DNA from: Phyllosticta citribraziliensis
Taxonomy: Eukaryota
Direction of reading: 5' to 3'
DNA: 64,000 bases
Assembly: GCF_038025025.1 (NCBI RefSeq)
Contig: NW_027117348.1
Location: forward strand, 744,001-808,000
Shown here one piece after another: positions 1 through 12,397 of this stretch (position 1 is the first letter of the stretch; each line of letters starts with the position of its first letter). The position numbers and the translations under genes were made by a program. Under the pieces are notes generated by a model, which worked only from the letters and a program-made list of their open reading frames with translations, ran no database searches and was not told where the DNA came from.

Positions 1-2630
1 CACGATCGAAAGCGTGTCATGGAATCCGTCCGAGCCCACCGCCTCGACTCGCGAAATTCTCATCGGAGCCTCCGACGGGACCGTCTTCGAAGTCTACATA
101 GAGCCCTCGGCTGAATTCTACCGCCGCGAAGAAAGATATATCAAGACGGTGTACAAGGCCGAGGGACCAGTCGTTGGGATATGGACGGACGCGATACCTG
201 GAAGGCCAGACATACGCCGCATCTTGTTAGCAACTCCGACGAGCTTGCAGCACTGGATTGGAAGGATTGGTCGGCCCGGTAGAGAGGGTAGCGGATCCAT
301 CTACAGCAGGCTCTTCGAGGCCGAAAGGCCGTCAGTGTACGACTTGGACCGACCGCCCCACGCTGCACCATCTACGCTTGCAATATCGCCAGAGACGGAA
401 GAGGTTGCCTCGTCTACTGCAACAGAAAGAGAGAGAGCATTCGCATGGCTTTCTGCGCACGGAGTCTTCCACGGAAAGCTTTTGACCAACATCGACTCGC
501 CCAATATTGGGAACGCTGTTCTTCAAGGCTCAAAGTTGTTTCCCCGATCCAAAATCCCTCCGTCTCGTACACGCGGTGGCCGCACAAAGTCGTTTCAGGA
601 GCCAGCACATTCCATGATTCTCAGCCACTGGCACGTCATTCAACTCGTGGATGGTCGCGTAGTTGCCTCGAATAGACTCGACGACACAATAGTCTACGAC
701 CAAGCAGTCATTGACCCAGATCAAAACGTGCTGGGCCTTGTTGCTGACCGGAAGAAGAGCACATTTTGGCTATTTACCAAGCAAGAGGTCTTTGAAATCA
801 GTGTGTTTGACGAGAGTCGGGATATCTGGAAGATTTTCTTGAACCAACAGCAGTTCGAAGAAGCGTCGCAGTACGCCAAAACACCCACTCAAAAGGACGC
901 CGTGGCAACAGCTTCGGGCGATTTCCTTGTGAAAAAGGGCAACTTCATGGAGGCCGCCAGTGTTTACGGGCGGAGTACCAAGCCGTTCGAGCAGGTTGCA
1001 CTCACTTTTGTCGACCACGGAGAACAAGACGCTTTGCGCAAATACCTATTAACCAAGTTGTCTACTCTGAAAAAGTCGGCCACCATGCAGCGCGTTCTCC
1101 TTGCCACTTGGCTTGTCGAAATTTACATCTCCAAGCTCAATACCCTCGACGACACGATCGGCACCAAAGCTGAGCTGTCTGAAAGTAGCACCCGTGACAC
1201 CGAAGACCAGCTTTCCGTCATTCGTCGTGAGTTTCAAGAATTCGTGACGCGATACAGAGCAGATCTGGACAGGAAGACGGTCTACGAAATCATCAGCAGT
1301 CATGGCCGTGAAGAAGAGCTGCTTTTCTTTGCTACGGTCGTAAACGACCACAACTACGTCTTGTCCTACTGGGTGCAAAGAGAGAGATGGGCCGAGGCCT
1401 TGAACGTGCTGAAGAAACAGACGGACCCCGATGTCTTTTACAAGTACAGCTCCGTTCTCATGGCCCACTCTCCGCACGATTTTGTCGATATTCTGATGCG
1501 ACAAGCAAACCTTGACGCGCGCAAACTCATTCCAGCATTGTTGAATTACAACAAAATCCACACCGGTCCTCTTTCTCAAGTGAGTAGGCAATATTGCTGT
1601 TGTGGAGTCTGGACTAACAAGTCGTCTAGAATCAAGCCGTCAGATATCTCCAGTTTGAGATCAATCAACACCACTCGACAGATGCGGCTGTCCATAACAC
1701 CTTGATCTCCATCTATGCATCTCACCCTTCGCGCGACGAATCTGCGCTGCTCTCCTACCTCGAGGCCCAATCGCTTGCCCAAGAGCAAGACTACGATGCC
1801 GACTTTGCACTCCGCCTCTGCATTCAGCATAAACGAGTACAATCCTGCGTCCACATATATAGCTCCATGTCGCAATATGTGCAAGCTGTCGACCTTGCCC
1901 TCAAATACGACGAGGTAGACTTGGCAAGCAGTGTGGCGGATCGCCCAGAATCCAACCCGACGCTTCGCAAAAAGCTCTGGCTTGCAGTTGCCAGAAAGGT
2001 CATCAGCGAAAGCACGGGCATCAAGCCTGCGATAGAATTCCTGCGGCGCAGCGACCTCCTCCGCATCGAAGACCTGATTCCATTTTTCCCCGATTTCGTC
2101 GTCATCGACGACTTCAAAGAGGAGATTTGCGCCGCGCTGGAGGAGTACAGCCGCGCCATCGACGCCCTCAAGAAGGAAATGGACGAGAGCACCCTCACCG
2201 CGCAGCACATCAAGGCCGACATCAAGCAGCTCGAGTCGCGCTACGCGATCGTCGAGCCCGGCGAAAAGTGCTACGTCTGCCGCCTGCCGTTGCTGGCGCG
2301 CCAGTTCTTCGTTTTCCCCTGCCAGCACGCCTTCCACTCGGAGTGTCTCGGCCGCAAGGTCGTCGAGCAGGCGGGCGTTGCCAAAGGCCGCCGCATCAGA
2401 GAGCTGCAGATGGAGGTCACCAAGGGCACCAGCGTTGGGACGAGGAGGGAGAGGGCGGCGAGGGAGTTGGATGAGTTGGTGGCTGAGGCTTGGTAAGTAC
2501 CTTCTCTCTGCTGAGTTTTTGAAAACGTGGCTAAAATGCTGTGCGCAGTGTTTTGTGCAGTGAGTTGGCCGTCAAGCAGATTGACGAGCCGTTTGTCGCG
2601 ACGAATGAGACTAATGATTGGGCTTTGTAA
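1..2630 (+). CDS. PEP3: Vacuolar protein sorting-associated protein 18 (Pep3/Vps18, HOPS/CORVET subunit), 5'-truncated by the window
   Basis: ORFs 14..1705 and 1702..2496 are joined by intron 1580..1629 (GTGAGT...CTAAC...TAG). Intron 2493..2548 gives the final exon CVLCSELAVKQIDEPF...WAL*. The protein has a clathrin-repeat-like region and a C-terminal RING-H2 (CYVC...FPCQHAFHSEC...CVLC). Confidence 0.95.
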
Positions 2631-3411
2631 TGATTAATGGCGACGATGCCATGGAGTGGCGGCAGGTGGTTGCTAGGATAGATACCCTTGGCTTGATTGA
2701 GAAACCTGAGCCGTTTTGAGGTTGTAGATGTTTGTTGTGCCTCTTGATGTTGATCTTTGGGCGCATCCATGTTGAAATTCACCGTGTATAGCATAGCACA
2801 TTTACCTTCACACGCTTCAGTTCAGTCCAACTCCCTTGTTCGATGCCATTTGCAAGACTCCTCCATCCACAGAGATAAATACCGACGACCTCAATGCCTC
2901 CCCATCATCAGAATCCAATCGATCCGCACAGTGATACGTGCAATCCTCTGACCTGTCGATGGACTCTAGCAACCCCCCCGGCTGTTGTTCAGCGTCGCAA
3001 CGCCGTTTGCAGACCTCCAGCCGCTGCCACTAGATCTGCCAACTTTAGGGAGCGTCTGTTCCATGAGCTGGACCAGCCCTCAGAGACCAGTGAAGCGCAA
3101 GTGTGTATCAAGCTGCGTCTTCGATGCCGGTTTCGATGCAGGAAGTCAAGTTTCGTGGAGGGCTCTTTGGAATGCTCCCCTTCGGTGTGCCCTCGACACG
3201 TGAGAAGAATCCTTCTTAACTGCGCGGGCTCATTCAGACCATAAGTACAGGGTCATTGCGTCCGCTTCCCGCCCTCCCAGACCCAGACCCAGCACAAAAG
3301 GAGACCCGTGATACAAAGGAGACACGTTTATACATAAACAACCGTTCGTTTCGCGTTCGTTTGCTGCCGTTGCTGTTGTTGTTTTTTTCGTCCGTCCGCT
3401 CCTACTACTTC

Positions 3412-4973
3412 CTACTCGAGCAGGTTCCCCGCCGAATGCACCCGGTGATTGCTCACATTGACCTCCATGACGACGTTGATGCGCTCCGACCCGTCGGCGT
3501 CGCCTTTTGAGTTTCTCCCCCGACCCGCCGCCGCCTCGCTCTCGTCATGACTGTCTCGACGGCCAAAATCGCCGTCGTCATCTCCGCTGTCGCGCTCCCG
3601 CGCATACGCCCTGGCGACCGTCTTGCTGCGCGTGACAGCCGTCGCTCCCGCACTGCTGCTGCCACTGCCGCCTCCCCCTCCGATCGCGACGCCGATACCG
3701 GCAGTGCCGTTCTCCATCTGGTCCAGCTGGTGCTGCTCGCCCAGGCCGACGCTCGGCATGCGCTCGAAGCCGCGGGTCGACGCGTTGCTCTTGACGCAGT
3801 TCTGGCCGAACCACTGGCCGACGACGCCGCCGGCGGACGAGGAGCCCAGGGCGCTGCGGCGGCCGCTGCTGGGCGCGGGCGCAGGCGCTTCGTTGGGCGT
3901 GGCGCCGCTGCTTGTTCCGCCGACGCGCTTCTGGCTCGACGAGAGGTAGCTGATGGATGACGAGAAGCGGCTCATGAAGGCGGAGAGGAGCGGTCGGATG
4001 GCCGGGATGCAGGCGTTGGTGATGGCGACGGCGGGCTCGACTGTCGACCAGAAGAGGGAGTCGACGATGCTGTAGGAGATGTTCCACAAGTCGATGCGGG
4101 CGAGCGCAATGGCGCGGAGGATTGTGATGATGGTCACGCTGGAAATGTTGGTCATCTCTCATTGGCAAGTCTGTAGAAGAAGCACTTACGCGATGCCCAG
4201 CGCAAACATGACGTACAGCCCTACTTTGGTGCTGGTGTCCATCTGCAATCTGCGGATGAAAGGGACAGGGAGAAACATGATGACAAGATCGGTGAACAGG
4301 TTGATGATGCAAAGGGCGACATAGGCCATGACGACGTTTCCGCAAACGCGGCTTCCTCGAGGGTCCCAGCTTGCTGAGACAGGTCGGCAGATGAGGAATA
4401 CTTGCATGATGGCGCTCGCCCACCAAAGCCAGATGACGATGGAGCATGCCATCACCCAACGGCGAAACTGCTGTTGCGGAAAAATGCGCGAATAGAAGCA
4501 GAGGTACGATTGTTTGGTAAAGGCAATGCAGCAGTAGTAGATGACTTGGTCCATAACGAGGTGCTGTATCGTGTTGGCATGAGAAAACTTCAGGGGTTGG
4601 GTAGCGTACTTTGCCTAGGAACAGCTGGTTCTCCAAGGGAAGCTTTTCATATCGAATACCATATCTGGCGTAGCTAATCTGCATTGCCTGCATCACTGCA
4701 TTCGAGTGAGCAAGATTTCCCGATCTCCAGGAAGGGTTACATACGGTATGCAAAAACCTACGAGCGTCAGCAAGATCAAACCATTTCTCTCAGAAGACTA
4801 ACCAGAGCCGCAATTATCCAGCCATCGTCCCACCAGACCTTTTGTCTGCGGAAGCATCTTGCTACAAAACGGAGGACGACAAATACAGTCGCAACAGCCA
4901 TCAACACCGCGCATGCTATGATTTGATGCTTGATAAGTGGATTGCCAAATATTGGATACGTTTGCAGAACCAT
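3412..4973 (-). CDS. PTH11-like (CFEM-less) integral membrane protein, fungal rhodopsin-domain family
   Basis: Five exons, with introns 4758..4802, 4696..4744, 4564..4609 and 4139..4189. Typical motifs: VVLRFVAR...WWDDGWII, FTKQSYLCFYSRIF, LICRP...WD, FTDLVIMFLPVP, WSTVEPAVAITNACIPAIRPL. Long Ser/Gly-rich C-terminal tail. Confidence 0.85.
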
Positions 4974-6697
4974 GTTCTTGACGATTCGAAGAGGTCATCA
5001 AGGACAATTTTGTTCGTTGGACATTGGAAACAAACGAATGTAAGGATTTGGCGTAAATCAGTAAAAGAGTGAAATTGATCTGGTCGTCCACGGCCGTCAG
5101 GGACTGCAGCAAAAGGTCGTTGAAAAAGTCAAAGGAACATTTCCAGAGAGGCCAACGGAAGAGCTGGGAACAGGGAAGACCGTCCAGGTTCTGGCTCTGG
5201 CCCAAGTTCTGAAAAAGGTGATATGTGCCAGTGTTGCTCGCCTTGCCAAGGGAAGCGTCGCACCATGGCCGGCGCCTTGACGTTTCAAAGCACCTTTATG
5301 AGATAGCCGACAAACCGTACCGGTAGCCGTGAAGATGGGATTTGGACAAATCAAGATGCTGCTCCCGACCAAAAATTTGACTTTGGGTGGCCGTTCCTCG
5401 GCAGGCATCTTCGCGTCCACGGTTAAGCTCGCGTTATCGGTCCCACAGACGTTCAAAGCTGTCGATCCGAGAGAACCGTTCGCTTATAAAGGCGCTTCAT
5501 CGAGTCCGTAAGGCCATCATCTTGTGGGGTCTCTGATGACACGCGTCTGGGTAAGCAAATCCGGAGAACCTCGACCCGAGTCAAGTCGCGTGGCATTCGC
5601 GTGGGACTTGGAGGATGGGACAGCAACACTGCTTCGAATCGTTCATCTCCAAGTCCTTGCAACCCTGTATTAGTGGGCTTCGAGAAGCAAACGACGTTGG
5701 AGAGCTCTGTCGAAGCTCCTGGTTTTCTCGTCCATGGCACATGGCGAGACCCGGAAAGGTGATCCTTGGTCTTTCCAAAATTGGATCACAGCCAAGGCAG
5801 ACGTGCGCAAGCTTTCGAACCGAGACCATGTCATCGGTGCATTTCGAACGTCAAACGTTCAAAACCAAAGAAAAGAATGGTTGCTGGAAACAAGCGGAGG
5901 ATAAAGTCGAAAGTGAAGACGTCCAAGTCGATGAGCCGATCTTCGCAGCCAAGAAGGGTGTCGACTGACTGAGTGTGAGATCGCTCGGACCGACGCCGCG
6001 ATTTTTGACTGGCGCCACCCAACGGGCCCAGCATCAGCGCACGGTTCTGGTGGGGATAGCACGAGGGTGGCTGTCTGAAGAAGAAAAAGAGAACCTGGGC
6101 CCGACGAAACCGCCAGTCTGGCATCTCGGTGTCTTCCGATCGCTTGTGCATGAGGATTCCTGCGGTTCTCGAAGCTGCATCCCACGAGGCAAACCCCGGC
6201 AGTTGAGTCGACTTCTGCTTTGCCGCAACACCACGGACCTCTCTCCACACGAAAACGTTGCAGCTGCCAGCGGACCGCTCCCCACTCAACAGATCGTCTC
6301 CCCACTTGAGAGGTCCCCTATCTCTTCTTGGAAGTTCCCCTGTATAGCCGCCTGGAATGTCAGCTACATCTCCAATTGAAGGCTCTACTTTGCCGCAACA
6401 CAGGGACAACTGTCCCTGCACTCCACCCGAAAGGTCCACCTGAAGCGAATGAACTTACTCAATCTACTGCAGGCGACACCCAAAACAGAAGAAATACTGT
6501 CAGAACCGAATGATCATGGTCAACGAGTCGCCATGAAGAAATTGCCATCTTCAACTCGTTCTGCAGGAGAGCATCCACCGTCTCCACTGAACAGTTCTTT
6601 GCCGTCTCTGCTGTGCCGCTGCAGTTGTTGAAGTTGTCGACTATAAAGTGTTTAGCGCTTCCTCGTACATATCAATCCATCGAAATTTGTTGCAGCA

Positions 6698-8662
6698 ATG
6701 GGTTCCATACCTGAACAGACCAGTGTGACATCTGTCTCTTCTCTTCGTTTCACCGACCCGGACTTCGTCATCATCGGCGGCGGTCTTTCTGGGCTGGTCG
6801 TCGCGAATCGACTCACTGAAAATGCAAACACAAAGGTGCTGGTTGTCGAGGCCGGTGCAAACCGAATGGGAGATCCCAGGATCGACACGGAGGGGTTGAT
6901 GACTACTTTGTATGGAGACCCAGACTATGACTGGGACTACATGACCGAGCCCCAGGTAAGTACATTACAGGCTTTTGTAGATGTGCGACTCACAGTCCCA
7001 GGTCCACGCAAATGGAAGGCAGATACCGCATCCTCGAGGAAAGGTACTGGGCGGCTCCACTGCCATCAACTTTGGTGTTGTCGTCTACCCGTCCTCGAAG
7101 AACTTCGAGGCATGGGAAGCCCTTGGCAATGACGGATGGTCCGCCAAAGACCTCAAGCCGTATTTCAAAAAGTGGCAGACTTTTACGCCAGCGTCCGAGG
7201 ATGTCAAGAAAACTTTGGAAATCAACTGTTACCATGAAAAGAACCACGGCAATGACGGACCAGTGCCTGTCACCAACGGCAACAACTACGGTCCATTCAA
7301 TGAGGCTTGGGTCAAGACCTTTGACAAGCTTGGCTGGTGCAATGACGACGATCCGATTCTTGGAGAGAAGTTGGGAGCCTTTACAAACTCCCTTTCGATT
7401 GATGCCGTAACCAGGAAACGAGGATACGCGGCCGAGGCTTATTACAGCAAGGAGGTTGCAAAGCGACCAAACCTCCAAGTCCTGACAGAGGCCCTCGTAC
7501 ACAAGATTCTGACCCAAAAGAAAGAGGACGGCAGCGTAGTTGCAACTGGAATCAAGTTCGAGACCAAAGATGGCGGGATCCACGAAATCTTGGCCAGGAA
7601 GGAGGTCATCCTGGCAGCTGGAGCAATGAACTCTCCTCATATTTTGGAACTTTCTGGTATTGGCCAGAGGGAACTTTTGGAAAAGCACGACATTCCGGTC
7701 GTCATCGAAAGTTCTGGGGTGGGAGAGAATCTCCAAGACCATGCCATTTCTCCTCTGAGCTACGAAATCGCAGACGGCCAATTCTCCGCAGGTAAGACGC
7801 TGACGTTGTGTTTCCGAGCTGAAGCTAATGTTGAACAGACATGTTCCGCGATCCGACGCTCATTGGCGTTGCTTTGCAGGAGTACCAGGAGAAGAAGAGT
7901 GGGCCCTTGGCCAACATCCCCTTCAGCGTTGCCTACCTTCCATTCAGCGACGGCAACGGTCGACTCAGCCAGGAAGAGATTCAGGAGATTTTGAACCAGA
8001 ACCCAGACGATTCCAGTATATCCGTCTCCCAGAGACGTCAATACGAATTGCTGCGCAGCCAGATGCTTCATCCCAAGGATTGCCCGGCTTACCACATGTA
8101 TGCGCCGATGCAATTCAACACGAAATCTACCGGGCGGGATCCATTGGGAGAAATCGTTGCTCCGACCAAGCCGGGCAACTACATTACCATTCTGGCGACC
8201 CTCAACCATCCCTTCTCTCGCGGTATCGTCCACATCAAGTCGAGCGACCCCAAGGAAAAGGCGATTGTTGATCCTCGGTACCTTTCGCATCCTCTGGATC
8301 TCGAAATCTTGGCCAGGCACACGCAGAATATCGAGTCGTTTGTCAAGACCGAGCCTTTTGCCTCGTTGCTCAAGCCTGGAAGCCGCCTGCCAGAAGATGG
8401 CGATACGTCAACCCTTGAGTCGGCAAAGAAGGTAGTCAAGGACCGTCTCATGAATACGTTTCATCCAACCGGTACTTGCGCGATGATGCCTCGGGAGATG
8501 AACGGTGTGGTGGATAGCAGGCTGAAGCTATACGGAGCCGAGAAATTGAGAGTGGTTGATGCCAGCATCTTTCCCATGGAGCCATTGGGCAACATCCAAA
8601 CAACAGTGTACGCAGTTTCAGAGAGGGCGGCGGATATCATCAAGGAGGATTGGAAGGCGTAG
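6698..8662 (+). CDS. GMC oxidoreductase (AA3, aryl-alcohol/glucose dehydrogenase-like), no obvious signal peptide
   Basis: FAD-binding IIGGGLSG, RGKVLGGSTAIN, GVGENLQDH, catalytic FHPTGT, LRVVDASIFP and GNIQTTVY. Introns 6956..7001 and 7792..7838. Confidence 0.93.
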
Positions 8663-8989
8663 AGGGTGTAGAAGGCGGGTTTGGTGTTTCACTGCCCAGG
8701 AATCCGATATTCCGAGGGCTCCATAGATGGCAAGTTGAAGAATGGACGTGTTCGAAATGGATGCATATTTCCAATGAATAAGTAAGATGAGGGAAGATGG
8801 TCGTCCTGAGGTGATGTCGGTACGTTGCAAGGGTGCATGTGTGGGTTCCAGTTCGGTCGGCACTCAACCGTCAGTCGAGTCATTCGGCATCAACATCCGC
8901 TTCCTTCTGACTCTTGCATCCAGATCTTTTACTATCCCGCCTGTGACTCGCATCCCATTCTCCCTCCGCCCACCTTGCTCCCTGGTGTT

Positions 8990-10291
8990 ATGCTGCGCTT
9001 CCTCGCGCGCATCATGTCCGGCTCAACTCTATCCCGTGTTCCCATCCCGAAGAATGGCGTCGATTACCGCAACAAGGTCGTCCTCGCTCCCATGGTCCGC
9101 AGTGGCGAACTTCCGTCGCGCCTCCTCGCACTCCACTACGGCGCCGACCTTGTATGGGGTCCTGAAACCATCGATCGGGCCCTGATTGGCACCACTCGTC
9201 GCGAGAACCCCATCACGAAAACCATCGACTTCACACGCTTCTCGAACAATGGACAAAAGAACGCGACGCCCAAGGAGGATCAAAAGGAGAGCATCATATA
9301 CAGGCTGGATCCCGAGAGGGAAAAGGGCAAGCTCATCTTCCAGATTGGAACGGCTAAGCCAGAGACGGCTGTCCAAGCGGCCAAGCTCGTGGCAGGAGAT
9401 GTGGCCGGCATCGACGTCAATTCGGGCTGCCCAAAACCCTTCAGCACAACCGGTGGTATGGGAGCGGCACTCCTCAAGGACCCCGATAGGCTATGCGCAA
9501 TCTTGGAAGCTCTGGTGAAGGAGGTTGGAGAGCCGTTTGAAATTGGCATTAGCGTCAAGATTCGGATTTTGGCAGACCCGGAGGATACCAAGGCACTTGT
9601 GAGCAGGCTGGTCAAGACGGGCATCATTGGCTTGACAGTACACTGCCGGACCACACCCATGAGGCCTCGTGAGCGGGCGATTCGCGACCAAATGAAGATG
9701 GTTCGGGAGATTTGCCACGAGGCCGGTGTGGGTTGCTTGATCAACGGCGACGTCGAAGACTACGAGCATGGATTGAAACTCATGGAAGAGTTTGGCGTCG
9801 ATGGCGCTATGATTGCGACTGCAGCCGAGGCCAACCCAAGCGTATTCCGTCGCGAAGCCAATGGTGGCCGAGCACCTTGGGAGGAAATTGTGAAAAAGTA
9901 CATCACATACGCCGTCGAGGTCGACAACCGATGGGGCAACACCAAGTTCGAGCTGGCCCAGATCCTTCCGGGGAAAAATCCGCTTTCCAAAAAGTTGCCG
10001 CAATGCCGCGGCTACTCCGACTTGGTTGATGTCTTTGGATGCCCTGAGCTCAAGGAGAGAGCCGAGGCGCTTGACGAAAGAATTGGTCTTGCTCAAAAGC
10101 TGAAGCTCACAAAGGCTGAAAAGCGTGCGGCCGTTAATGAAAATGCAAAGGCGGAGGAATCAAGCAAAAAGGCCAAAAGGGACCATGATGGTACCCAGGA
10201 ACAAAGATCAACAGTCACTGATCAACAGACCGAAGTGGCTTTGGCTCAGCACACTGCAATGCCTGAGACGGCCTCAGCGGTTGCAGTGTGA
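8990..10291 (+). CDS. DUS2: tRNA-dihydrouridine synthase 2 (Dus2/Smm1)
   Basis: Motifs VVLAPMVRSGELPSRLLAL, IFQIGT, IDVNSGCPKPFS...GMGAALL, SVKIR, LTVHCRT and INGD. In-frame ATGs at 8990 and 9014. Intronless. Confidence 0.9.
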   Translation: MLRFLARIMSGSTLSRVPIPKNGVDYRNKVVLAPMVRSGELPSRLLALHYGADLVWGPETIDRALIGTTRRENPITKTIDFTRFSNNGQKNATPKEDQKESIIYRLDPEREKGKLIFQIGTAKPETAVQAAKLVAGDVAGIDVNSGCPKPFSTTGGMGAALLKDPDRLCAILEALVKEVGEPFEIGISVKIRILADPEDTKALVSRLVKTGIIGLTVHCRTTPMRPRERAIRDQMKMVREICHEAGVGCLINGDVEDYEHGLKLMEEFGVDGAMIATAAEANPSVFRREANGGRAPWEEIVKKYITYAVEVDNRWGNTKFELAQILPGKNPLSKKLPQCRGYSDLVDVFGCPELKERAEALDERIGLAQKLKLTKAEKRAAVNENAKAEESSKKAKRDHDGTQEQRSTVTDQQTEVALAQHTAMPETASAVAV

Positions 10292-10971
10292 AGCTTCGTT
10301 GCACGATGACTTGAAAGGAACAAGAGATACCCTGTCGCAAGACTTACCACACGACCAAAGAACACATTGACAGTCAGGAGAGGGATGGGCTGGTTATCAA
10401 GTCAAAGCTACTGCGAGGATTATTCCGCAGGTTAGCAAACAGTATCGGCTTACCAAGATGGCAGGCATTATCCAGAGCCTTCGCCGTGTCGATGCTGGCA
10501 GAAGACAGATTCAACCGGTTGGATTGATGGGTTTTGAATCTTCAGGTTTTGGGCGTGAAAGCGGGCTCCTGTCGACTTCGACTTCACTCTCGTGGTAGGA
10601 ATTCATTAGACCCGACTTTGCAAATATTCCGATTGCATCTTTTCATTCAAAGAGCTGTACCTTGAGGAACCTGAAGAGTTGGAGCAAGATACCGAGTGTG
10701 TCGTTCATTGACCAATCCGATGGACTGAGCCAACCAATCAGAAGCGCGCAATCATCTCCTGGACCGCACAGTGCTTCGACCTCGCGCACTCTCCCGATCG
10801 TTCTCTGCTTGTATACTATTGCCTTTGCAAGCTCAGGAGGCGGGAACCGATTTATCACATTGGTTGATAAAGACCCCCCTCACGCGATAAGGACCAAACC
10901 CCACTGCATTCAACAACCTTTTTCTTCCGCTCGTATCTTTCGTTCTACAACACCACTCCAGCACCTTCACC

Positions 10972-11994
10972 ATGACGACCAAGTACTTCAGCAAAGAATC
11001 CACCATCGACGTCGATGCGCCGCCTCCATCGACCACCAATGCCCTCACGCTCGCCTATCGCACGTTTGGCGACCCAAAGAACCCCGCAGTCTTCATCCCC
11101 ACGTGCTACTGTGGGCGTCTTCCCAACACCATGACGTTTCTCTACGAGCCCGACAAGGACGGCAAGGCGCCCGTGTTGGCCGACTATTTCGTCATCACTT
11201 GCGGGCTGCTCGGCGGCAGCGAGTCCAGCTCGCCGTCCAACACACCCGCAGCCATCCGCGGGCCCAAGTTCCCCAGCGTCTCGTACGAGGACAACATCCG
11301 CATGCAGGTCGCGCTGTGCAAGGCGCTCGGCGTCGAGCGGCTGCACGCGTACATTGGCTTCAGCATGGGCGGCCAGCAGGCGTACCACATGGGGGTGCTG
11401 TACCCGGAGTTTGTCGAGCGCATCGTCGTGGTGGCGGGCTCGGCGCGCACGTCGTGGCACAACTGGTCGTTCCTCGAGGGGCCCAAGGCGGCGCTGACGA
11501 CGGCCGTCGACTGGCACGACGGGCACTACACGGCGCCCGTGACGCGCGGGACGGCGGCGTTTGGCCGCGTCTACGCGACGTGGGCGCTGAGCCAGGCGTG
11601 GTTCCGCGGCAAGCAGTGGGAGGCGGCGGGCTGCGCGTCGCTCGACGAGTACCTCGTCGCGCACTGGGAGCAGCCGATGCAGACGTGGGACGCGCACGAC
11701 CTGCTCGCCATCATGGATACCTGGCAGCGCGGCGACGTGTCGGCCTGCTTCCCCGAGGACAAGGGCGACTTGGCCACGACGCTGGGCCGCGTCCAGGCAA
11801 AGGCGCTCATCATGCCCGTCCGCACCGACCTGTATTTCCCGCCCGAGGACAGCGAGGAGGAGGTCAAGCACCTGAAGCACGGCAAGCTGTGCGTCATTGA
11901 GAGCATCGGCGGCCACATGACGGGCGGTGGTGGGATATACGAAAAGGATAATGCCTTCATGTCTGAGCAGATCAAGAATTGGTTGGAGAACTAG
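10972..11994 (+). CDS. Homoserine O-acetyltransferase (MetX)-like alpha/beta hydrolase
   Basis: Intronless 340-aa ORF. Motifs LAYRTFG, SSSPSN, FPSVSYEDNIRMQ, nucleophile elbow IGFSMGGQQA, DLYFPP (catalytic Asp) and GGH (catalytic His). Confidence 0.85.
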   Translation: MTTKYFSKESTIDVDAPPPSTTNALTLAYRTFGDPKNPAVFIPTCYCGRLPNTMTFLYEPDKDGKAPVLADYFVITCGLLGGSESSSPSNTPAAIRGPKFPSVSYEDNIRMQVALCKALGVERLHAYIGFSMGGQQAYHMGVLYPEFVERIVVVAGSARTSWHNWSFLEGPKAALTTAVDWHDGHYTAPVTRGTAAFGRVYATWALSQAWFRGKQWEAAGCASLDEYLVAHWEQPMQTWDAHDLLAIMDTWQRGDVSACFPEDKGDLATTLGRVQAKALIMPVRTDLYFPPEDSEEEVKHLKHGKLCVIESIGGHMTGGGGIYEKDNAFMSEQIKNWLEN

Positions 11995-12397
11995 GGACGG
12001 GCTTGGCTTTGTGCTGCGGATATCCAACGGTCGATGAATTTATGTTTCGTTAATGACACAGGCGTGGTCGTCGGGACGTTTGGTCGGTCTTTGGAGGTCC
12101 ATCTCAGATAGCAAGTCTTTTAGATACGAAGTCACGAATCTTCTACGAGGCTTTGGCTTGGCAAACATCTCTTTGATAAACGGCAGCCTTCTTGCAGTGG
12201 AGGCGAGAGCATTTTTCCATCCCAATTCAACCCAATACACACACCAGCTGGACTCTCCGCTCGAAGGTAAGAAAATAAGGCCACAAGAAGCATCCAAACC
12301 GCTTCATCAGGCTCCGAGCGCAAACAAATCAATCATCACATCTCCACCACCCAATCCCTCCATCTTGTTCTCCCTACCGCACCTGCTCCCCTCTCCC

